The position numbers were made by a program, and so were the translations under genes. A model generated the notes under the pieces. That model searched no databases. It was not told where the DNA came from and saw only the letters and a list, made by a program, of their open reading frames with translations. A stretch of DNA of 64,000 bases from an uncultured Muribaculaceae bacterium (lineage in GTDB: Bacteria; Bacteroidota; Bacteroidia; Bacteroidales; UBA932), in NCBI GenBank assembly GCA_964640305.1, contig CAZXFF010000003.1, positions 5,572 to 69,571 on the forward strand, written 5' to 3'. Positions 8,922 through 15,503 of this stretch are shown here, piece by piece (the first letter of the stretch is position 1; each line of letters opens with the position of its first letter).

Positions 8922-9606
8922 ACGAATTAAGCAGATAGAAGCCCCACATTGTCAGCATAATGGCAGCGTGGGGTTCTCCTTTTGAAAGAAATACCCCCCA
9001 TATAGCCACATAGATTATATTGACCGCTATCCATAATATCCATTGCTCCATATAGGCCTTTACCATAAGGAACATTGCTATTACCTGCAGAACAGTAACG
9101 GAGGCATCTTTCCAGGGTTGCATTCCGCCTATCTGCCTGAGAACAATGGCTGCAACTACTACTGAAGCAGCCGTGACTGCCGACCAGACAAGTCTCTGAC
9201 GGATATTCATTCTCCTTCCGGACACTGCAGATGACCCGCCATCCCCGTTCCCACGTTTCCGCCATGCATACCATCCTACGAACTGCATAGGCAGAAAATA
9301 CAAAGCATTTAAAGCCGCTGTCCCGTAAAGCCCGGCCCTGAATGATATGAAAGCATACAGGGAGACGCTCACAATTCCGAATATATAATTGGAAATGCTT
9401 CCTTTTGCCACAAGCACCACATTCACGACTCCGGCCACTGCCGCCACGATACCGACCGGATCAGTATCCCCTGTCAGCACTGACGCCAGGATTGAAGAAA
9501 CTGTTATCCCTGTAACCAGAAACAGATCTGTCCATGTTACATTCTCTATTCCGAATACTCTCATCGCATATTTCAGTTTTGATTGCCCAAATATAGCGTT
9601 TTCCAT
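8890..9606 (-). CDS. pnuC: Nicotinamide riboside (PnuC family) transporter
   Basis: 238 aa multi-pass membrane protein with PnuC-like motifs (LVAKGSISNYIFGIV, FVGWYAWRK, WILWIAVNIIYVAIW). Confidence 0.75.
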   Translation of the reverse strand: MENAIFGQSKLKYAMRVFGIENVTWTDLFLVTGITVSSILASVLTGDTDPVGIVAAVAGVVNVVLVAKGSISNYIFGIVSVSLYAFISFRAGLYGTAALNALYFLPMQFVGWYAWRKRGNGDGGSSAVSGRRMNIRQRLVWSAVTAASVVVAAIVLRQIGGMQPWKDASVTVLQVIAMFLMVKAYMEQWILWIAVNIIYVAIWGVFLSKGEPHAAIMLTMWGFYLLNSFNGLRNWLKM

Positions 9607-9617
9607 CCGGATTTTTT

Positions 9618-9625
9618 TACTTTTG
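9618..9625 (+). promoter_or_regulatory. Bacteroidota -7 box TAnnTTTG (TACTTTTG) for the second ECF sigma gene
   Basis: Perfect match 16 nt upstream of the ATG at 9642. Confidence 0.5.
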
Positions 9626-9641
9626 GTATTCGATTGCGTAT

Positions 9642-10178
9642 ATGGTATGTATGGAAGAAGAACACATCATAGGTAATACTACACGCAGTGATACAAAGGC
9701 CTTTGAAGAACTGGTCAGGAAGTATTCCGGAATGGTCTACTGCATCTGCTCCAGAATATTATGCGACACCGTCGAAGCAGAAGATGCTGTCCAGGAAACA
9801 TTTATGAGGGCATGGGCATCTTTTCCGAAATACGACAGGAGGCATAGCGTCGCCACATGGCTCCGTACAATTGCCTGCAGACTTTGCTATGATATGCTGA
9901 GGAAGAGGAGATATCCATACGTGACTCCTGCTCCGGTACCCGATACAGACCCTGGAAGTGAAGAGCGTCTGATATGGATGGAATCCCTCAAAGAGCTGCA
10001 TCAAGTCACGAAGAACCTTTCCCCTAAGCAGAAAACAGTATTCGTCCTGCATGAAATAGAAGGCCTGGACTATGGGGAAATAAAACGCATAACCGGATTC
10101 ACGTCAATTCAGATAAAAAGTAACCTTTACCTCGCCAGAAGAGCCGTCAGAAGCATGCTTGAAAATATTATGGAATAA
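9642..10178 (+). CDS. ECF-type RNA polymerase sigma-70 family factor
   Basis: 178 aa with region 2 (EDAVQETFMRAWASFPKY) and region 4 HTH (GLDYGEIKRITGFTSIQIKSNLYLARRAV). Confidence 0.85.
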   Translation: MVCMEEEHIIGNTTRSDTKAFEELVRKYSGMVYCICSRILCDTVEAEDAVQETFMRAWASFPKYDRRHSVATWLRTIACRLCYDMLRKRRYPYVTPAPVPDTDPGSEERLIWMESLKELHQVTKNLSPKQKTVFVLHEIEGLDYGEIKRITGFTSIQIKSNLYLARRAVRSMLENIME

Positions 10179-10188
10179 AGTTCAGATT

Positions 10189-10578
10189 ATGGAAAAAAAA
10201 GACCACTATACGGAATTCATTGACAGGATGCACAACAGTATTCCCGATGCCGGCACAGTAAAAAGCGCCGGCGACAGAATAATTGCTGCCATAGAATCAG
10301 AGAAGCACCGGCAGCCTGTCATGGTAAGAAGCAAACATACTGATTTGTGGAAAATTTACCTTAGCGGAGCCGCCGCTGCCTTCCTGCTGGCATTCGGTGT
10401 AGTTTCTCTCATGAAAAACCCGCAGAGCAGTGATGAATACCGGGAAAAACAGGCAGCATTGGCCACTGGAATACCTGTAATCGACCCTGAAAGGAAGCTT
10501 CTGCACTGCAGATACGGTATTCCTATGACAGACTTGGTCACAAACATAAAACATACAGGCAACGACAATCAACATTAA
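10189..10578 (+). CDS. Putative anti-sigma factor (single-pass membrane protein)
   Basis: ATG at 10189 is preferred over the TTG at 10159. One TM helix (IYLSGAAAAFLLAFGVVSL). Located directly downstream of the ECF sigma. Function is from context only. Confidence 0.45.
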   Translation: MEKKDHYTEFIDRMHNSIPDAGTVKSAGDRIIAAIESEKHRQPVMVRSKHTDLWKIYLSGAAAAFLLAFGVVSLMKNPQSSDEYREKQAALATGIPVIDPERKLLHCRYGIPMTDLVTNIKHTGNDNQH

Positions 10579-10590
10579 ACCACTCACATC

Positions 10591-11685
10591 ATGAAAAAGC
10601 ACGGTAAAACAACTGTAATAACCGGAATCATCCTCCTGGCAACCAGCCACCTCATGTCATCGTGCGTTGCTGGATACTCGGTTCTATCCGAAGTAATGCC
10701 GGACGGGAGTATGATAAAAACCGTCTGGACTAAAGCAGATTCTGCATGTCTGGCAGGAGACTTCAGCAAACATCCGTTTCTTTTTGATCCATCAGACTGG
10801 GAAATGTCCGTAATCGAGCATACGGACACATTCGATTTTATCGGTGATGAATTCATACACAATTTCGTGGCCGTAAGAAAATATCTGCAGCCGACAGGTA
10901 CAACAGAGAAACCTGCCTCGTCTGGAACGGCAAACCAACCCTATATAAATGGGAAAGAAGAATGGGAGGTAAAAAGGGGATTTTTCGCCGACAGATACAT
11001 TTACCGTCACACATTCCCCGGAATTGCCGGAAACATGCCCCTCAGTACCGGAGACTACCTTACAGAAAAAGAGGTGGAGCTCTGGCTGGAAAGCGGACAT
11101 TTCAGTGATTATGGATTCATGAACGGTGTGGAAATGTACTCTAACATGCTGTCAGGCTATTTCGTGAATTTCCAGAAATGGATATATGACTGTGCCATTG
11201 AAATCAGGTACCGCATCATTGCAGAAAATACCGGAGATTCCCTGACCGCCACCCAAAAAGAAAAACTGTTCAGCATAATAGGAAAGGAAAGGGAGGTTGA
11301 CTATGAAGACATAATGCCTCCTCTGCCCAATCCCGTTTCAGTAGCCGAAGCAATGAGTTCAATATCCGGGAATCCTGCATTCATGACCTCGGTAAGACAG
11401 AAAACGGAAGAACTGGAAAACATCCTGTCCGCAAAGGAAAGTGAACTGATGGAACCTTTCCACATCGTGTACCGTTACAAGGTCGGATTGCCTGGAAGGC
11501 TGGTATCTGCCAACACATCCATGTCGGAAGACGGATACCCTGTATGGAAAGTAGACGGATACCGTCTTCTGGCAGGGGACATGGTTCTATATGCCGAATC
11601 TGTAAAAACCAATGCCTGGAGTTTCATCATCCTCGGTGCTTTAGCCGCTGCCGCAGCGATAGCGCTCTACATAAGAAGAAGGTAA
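10591..11685 (+). CDS. Lipoprotein of unknown function with a C-terminal TM anchor; third gene of the ECF cassette
   Basis: N-terminal signal peptide with lipobox (LMSSC) and a C-terminal hydrophobic helix followed by RRR. No motif recognised. Confidence 0.5.
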   Translation: MKKHGKTTVITGIILLATSHLMSSCVAGYSVLSEVMPDGSMIKTVWTKADSACLAGDFSKHPFLFDPSDWEMSVIEHTDTFDFIGDEFIHNFVAVRKYLQPTGTTEKPASSGTANQPYINGKEEWEVKRGFFADRYIYRHTFPGIAGNMPLSTGDYLTEKEVELWLESGHFSDYGFMNGVEMYSNMLSGYFVNFQKWIYDCAIEIRYRIIAENTGDSLTATQKEKLFSIIGKEREVDYEDIMPPLPNPVSVAEAMSSISGNPAFMTSVRQKTEELENILSAKESELMEPFHIVYRYKVGLPGRLVSANTSMSEDGYPVWKVDGYRLLAGDMVLYAESVKTNAWSFIILGALAAAAAIALYIRRR

Positions 11686-11708
11686 GGATGCAGATCTGCA
11701 GAATTTAG

Positions 11709-11716
11709 TATTTTTG
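11709..11716 (+). promoter_or_regulatory. -7 box TATTTTTG upstream of tadA
   Basis: Perfect TAnnTTTG 23 nt before the ATG at 11740. Confidence 0.55.
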
Positions 11717-11739
11717 CAGCATCTGAACACAGAACAATT

Positions 11740-12201
11740 ATGGAGATTGAAGAAACAGCCATGCTCCCGGACAGCGAGAGATTCATGAAAGAAGCCCTGA
11801 AAGAGGCATACAAGGCCGGAACGGAAGGGGAAATCCCCATAGGTGCTGTTGTAGTATGCGAAGGGAAAATCATTGCCAGAGCCCATAACCTTACCGAGAC
11901 CCTGCACGACCCTACTGCCCATGCAGAAATGCTGGCCATAACTGCTGCCACCAACTTTCTGGGAGGGAAATACCTGCAGAAATGCACCCTGTACGTCACG
12001 GTAGAGCCATGCCCGATGTGTTCGGCAGCAATGGCCTGGGCACAAGTGGGGCGGGTCGTATTCGGAGCCGATGATCCTAAACGAGGCTATTCGCTATTCT
12101 CCCCGTCCCTGTTCCATCCCCGCACTGTCGTAGAAAAGGGCATTCTCGCAGAAGAATGCAGCTCCCTTATGAGTAATTTCTTCAAAAAACTCCGCAAGTA
12201 A
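11740..12201 (+). CDS. tadA: tRNA-specific adenosine deaminase
   Basis: CDA-fold zinc motifs HAE (HAEMLAI) and PCPMC, 153 aa. Confidence 0.9.
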   Translation: MEIEETAMLPDSERFMKEALKEAYKAGTEGEIPIGAVVVCEGKIIARAHNLTETLHDPTAHAEMLAITAATNFLGGKYLQKCTLYVTVEPCPMCSAAMAWAQVGRVVFGADDPKRGYSLFSPSLFHPRTVVEKGILAEECSSLMSNFFKKLRK

Positions 12202-12665
12202 TGGAATTTCTGCAGGAATGGGGATACATCGGACTTTTCTTGGGGTCATTCATGGCTGCTACAGTCGTACCGTTTTCATCAGATTTCCTGATTGTCGGGA
12301 TTCTGCTTGCAGGAGGTGACCCGCTTACCTCATTTCTTACTGCCACTGCAGGGAACTGGCTTGGAGGCCTTACCTCATACGGTGTAGGACGCATAGGGAA
12401 ATGGGAGTGGATAGAAAAATGGTTCAGGGTAAAGGAGGAGACCCTGCTGAAACAGAAGTCGAAAATAGACAAATACGGAGCACTGCTTGCCTTCCTTTGC
12501 TGGCTTCCCTTTGTCGGGGATGTCTTTGCCATAGGGTTAGGTTTCTACAAGCTGGATTTTCTTAAATGCTCCATTTTCATGCTTATAGGAAAGGCCACGC
12601 GTTTTGCCTTCTGGATTGCCTTGTATTTCCTGTTCGATTTCCGGGGTTTCGATATGTTCGGGTAA
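12201..12665 (+). CDS. YqaA/DedA-like (SNARE-associated domain) membrane protein
   Basis: 154 aa. Its start overlaps the tadA stop (TAATG). Carries VPFSSDFLIVG and GNWLGGLTSYGVGR, typical of the YqaA family. Confidence 0.65.
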   Translation: MEFLQEWGYIGLFLGSFMAATVVPFSSDFLIVGILLAGGDPLTSFLTATAGNWLGGLTSYGVGRIGKWEWIEKWFRVKEETLLKQKSKIDKYGALLAFLCWLPFVGDVFAIGLGFYKLDFLKCSIFMLIGKATRFAFWIALYFLFDFRGFDMFG

Positions 12666-12704
12666 ATCGGATAACGCCAGTATTGGCATTTACGAAAATT
12701 TACA

Positions 12705-12712
12705 TATATTTG
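12705..12712 (+). promoter_or_regulatory. -7 box TATATTTG upstream of tRNA-Gln
   Basis: Perfect TAnnTTTG ending 10 nt before the mature tRNA 5' end. Confidence 0.6.
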
Positions 12713-12722
12713 CAGTTGGTAT

Positions 12723-12793
12723 TGACCTATGGTGTAATGGTAGCACTACAGATTTTGGTTCTGTCTGTCGAGGTTCGAATCCTCGTAGGTCAA
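12723..12793 (+). tRNA. tRNA-Gln (anticodon TTG)
   Basis: Cloverleaf folded by hand. The 7-bp acceptor stem TGACCTA/TAGGTCA has U1-A72. D arm is GTGT/GCAC. Anticodon stem ACAGA/TCTGT has loop TTTTGGT, giving anticodon TTG. T arm is CGAGG-TTCGAAT-CCTCG. Discriminator is A and CCA is not encoded. Confidence 0.9.
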
Positions 12794-12798
12794 CTTCT

Positions 12799-13761
12799 AT
12801 GAAAGCCTGCAATTTACTTTTCATTATAGCAGTCTCCGTATTGCTTGTTGTTTCAGGATGCAGTTCAAAGCAGGGTTCAAAATCAAAATCCGATAAAAAA
12901 GACGTTGGGCCCCTGTCTTTTCCGTACCCTAGTGTACCTGCCATGGTCACATCCGGAGCAGAAGCCGGTATCTATGCAGTAACCCGTTTCTGGGACAGAT
13001 ATTTCGATTCCATATCCGAGTTCAGGTCTCTCCCTGAAACAGAACTCAACAATGCAATGAAATCCTATATATCAGGACTTTGGGACATTCCATTTGCAGA
13101 AGCTCTTAAAGCACAGGAGCACTTTACTGAAAGACTGTTCGGATACCATACAGCATATCCGGATGATTCCATTTACAGTTTTTTCTGTACATTAATGGAA
13201 AATGCCCTTTACAATCCACAGTCTGATTTCAGGAATGAAGACCTGTATGTTCCAGTGTTGGAAATGATGTGTCGGGATCCTTATGCTGATTCCTCCGAAA
13301 ACTCAACTTTCAGATTCAGACTGGAGAAATGCAACCTTAACCGTACAGGAACCGTTGCAGGTAATTTCCCGTTCACCGACAGCAAAGGACAACGTTCTAA
13401 CCTGCATGACATCAAGGCTGATTATATCATGATTCTGTTCAGCAATCCAGGATGTGCAGCCTGCGCTGAGACCATTTCAGGAATAATGTCTTCTCCCACC
13501 ATCTCAGGAATGATTTCAGAAGAAAAGATCGAAGTACTGAACATATATATTGACGAAGATCTTTCCGCTTGGAAGGAAGCTTTGCCGGACTACCCGTCAG
13601 AATGGATAAATGCTTTCAATGACGATTTCTCACTTAGGGCCGGAAACAATTATGACATTAGGGCCATACCATCCCTCTATCTGCTGGACAGAAGCCACAA
13701 AGTCCTGTTCAAGGATATTTCCACTCCCATGCTTATCCACATGGCAGAACGCTTGAAATAA
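12799..13761 (+). CDS. Thioredoxin-fold lipoprotein (CxxC = CAAC), DUF5106-like
   Basis: The ATG at 12799 yields MKACNLLFIIAVSVLLVVSGC (lipobox). C-terminal domain has FSNPGCAACAE and IRAIPSLYLLD (cis-Pro). The ORF-track start at 12604 would run through the tRNA gene. Confidence 0.75.
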   Translation: MKACNLLFIIAVSVLLVVSGCSSKQGSKSKSDKKDVGPLSFPYPSVPAMVTSGAEAGIYAVTRFWDRYFDSISEFRSLPETELNNAMKSYISGLWDIPFAEALKAQEHFTERLFGYHTAYPDDSIYSFFCTLMENALYNPQSDFRNEDLYVPVLEMMCRDPYADSSENSTFRFRLEKCNLNRTGTVAGNFPFTDSKGQRSNLHDIKADYIMILFSNPGCAACAETISGIMSSPTISGMISEEKIEVLNIYIDEDLSAWKEALPDYPSEWINAFNDDFSLRAGNNYDIRAIPSLYLLDRSHKVLFKDISTPMLIHMAERLK

Positions 13762-13771
13762 AGCCTGTATC

Positions 13772-15463
13772 CTAATTGATTTCAACAAGAGCTTCAGATA
13801 CGTTTATCACAAAGTCCCCCACCCTTTCACATTCGGATACCAGATCCATATAATAAACTCCGAGCATATATGGAGTCTCTTCCGACTCCAGTTTCCTGAG
13901 GTGCTCTTCTTTCAGATTGTCCCTGTACTCATTGATCGCATGCTCAGCATCCTGTGCATTTGAGATCTGTATTGCATGTGTAAATCCTGTACGCAGATTT
14001 TCAATCATGCAATCCAGAGCCCGGTCGACAAGATCCATCATCTTGTTAAGCTTTTTGATAAGGCTTTCATTGAACTTCTGGTCATGATTGTTCTTACGCA
14101 TAAGTATTCTTCCTATATTGTAACCGGAGTCTCCTACACTTTCCAGTTCTCCTATTATCTTATACATGGAACGTATCTTGTTGATACTTTCCTGACTCAG
14201 ATCCCACTCACCGATGCTTCCCAGATACTTGGCTATCTCATACTCGATCCTGTCTGATATCTGTTCATAATGCTCGAGTTTCTTGAACAGCTCATCGAAT
14301 CGGTTCTCGTCATCCGAATTGTTTATTGCCTCGCGTGCATATACATACTGACGCTTCATTATTTCGGCGAAATGAACTATTTCCTGCTCTGCCTGTTCCA
14401 GGGAAAGCTCCGATGTATTCATCATTCCGCTTTGGATATAACGCAGTCTGAAAACTTCCTCTTCATCTTTCTTGCTCTTGACAATCCATGTAACCAACCT
14501 TACAATCTGAGGCGTAAACCATACCAGAACAATCGTATTGATTACATTGAACAGCGTATGGACTGTAGAAATCGCATAAAGCAGCGAATCAGAGGACTGG
14601 AACGGGTCCATTCCCCCGAACATAACCACCACTTTCGATACCAGCCACAGGAATGGCTTATAAAGCACAAGCACCCAAATTACACCGAATATATTGAAAA
14701 CAGTATGCGCCATAGCAGCCCTCTTGGAAGAAACGTTCCCTACCGATGCCGCCAGGTTTGCAGTAATTGTAGTACCTATATTTTCCCCGAGGACCATCGC
14801 TGCCGCCATTTCAAAAGGTATCCATCCCTGGCTTGACATTACAAGTGTAAGGGCCATAGTTGCGCTGGAAGACTGTAGCACTATCGTCAGGACAGTACCG
14901 ACAAATACAAAAATCAGTACGGAAAGGAAACCCCAGTCAGTCCAGCGGGTTATGAATGCTATCGCCTCGGGATTGTTGCTTAGATCAGGAACAGAATTCT
15001 TCAGATAGCTCAACCCTAAAAACAGAAGGGCAAAACCAATTATCATCTCGCCGACGCTCTTCCGTTTCTGTGACTTGAACATCATCAGGACAAATCCGAA
15101 TGCTATCAACGGAATTGAGAGGATTGAAATATCTGCAGAAAAACCGAGAAGCGATATGATCCAGGCAGTAAAGGTCGTTCCTATATTTGCCCCCATAATT
15201 ACACCTATGGCCTGCGTAAGGGTCAGAAGTCCTGCATTCACAAAACTTACTACCATGACCGTAGTCGCACTTGAAGACTGGATTACCGACGTTATGACAG
15301 TCCCTGTAAGGATGCGTGTAAACCTGTTTGCTGTCATCGCCGACAGAATGGACCTGAGTTTGTTGCCGGCTACTTTCTGCAGAGATTCACTCAACATTGT
15401 CATTCCATAAAGGAAAAGTGCAAGCGAACCGAGCAATGTCAAAATCTGGAAAATTATACTCAT
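13772..15463 (-). CDS. Na+/phosphate cotransporter family protein (NptA/YjbB type) with a PhoU-like C-terminal domain
   Basis: 563 aa. N-terminal duplicated Na/Pi-cotransporter repeats (SSSATTVMVV, QSSSATMALTL) and a helical PhoU-like tail. Confidence 0.8.
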   Translation of the reverse strand: MSIIFQILTLLGSLALFLYGMTMLSESLQKVAGNKLRSILSAMTANRFTRILTGTVITSVIQSSSATTVMVVSFVNAGLLTLTQAIGVIMGANIGTTFTAWIISLLGFSADISILSIPLIAFGFVLMMFKSQKRKSVGEMIIGFALLFLGLSYLKNSVPDLSNNPEAIAFITRWTDWGFLSVLIFVFVGTVLTIVLQSSSATMALTLVMSSQGWIPFEMAAAMVLGENIGTTITANLAASVGNVSSKRAAMAHTVFNIFGVIWVLVLYKPFLWLVSKVVVMFGGMDPFQSSDSLLYAISTVHTLFNVINTIVLVWFTPQIVRLVTWIVKSKKDEEEVFRLRYIQSGMMNTSELSLEQAEQEIVHFAEIMKRQYVYAREAINNSDDENRFDELFKKLEHYEQISDRIEYEIAKYLGSIGEWDLSQESINKIRSMYKIIGELESVGDSGYNIGRILMRKNNHDQKFNESLIKKLNKMMDLVDRALDCMIENLRTGFTHAIQISNAQDAEHAINEYRDNLKEEHLRKLESEETPYMLGVYYMDLVSECERVGDFVINVSEALVEIN

Positions 15464-15481
15464 GACTGGTTAAATTCGTTG

Positions 15482-15489
15482 CAAATATA
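15482..15489 (-). promoter_or_regulatory. -7 box TATATTTG for the Na/Pi transporter gene
   Basis: Perfect TAnnTTTG on the minus strand, 18 nt upstream of the ATG at 15463. Confidence 0.55.
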
Positions 15490-15491
15490 AT

Positions 15492-15499
15492 TATCTTTG
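15492..15499 (+). promoter_or_regulatory. -7 box TATCTTTG just upstream of the 998-aa gene
   Basis: Perfect TAnnTTTG, but it ends only 4 nt before the ATG at 15504. That implies a leaderless or near-leaderless mRNA, or a chance match. Confidence 0.3.
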
Positions 15500-15503
15500 C
15501 AAT

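Noticed and set aside
12604-12798. N-terminal extension of the lipoprotein ORF (ORF-track start 12604).
   Set aside because: It would be translated through the tRNA-Gln gene. The ATG at 12799 gives a perfect lipoprotein signal peptide.
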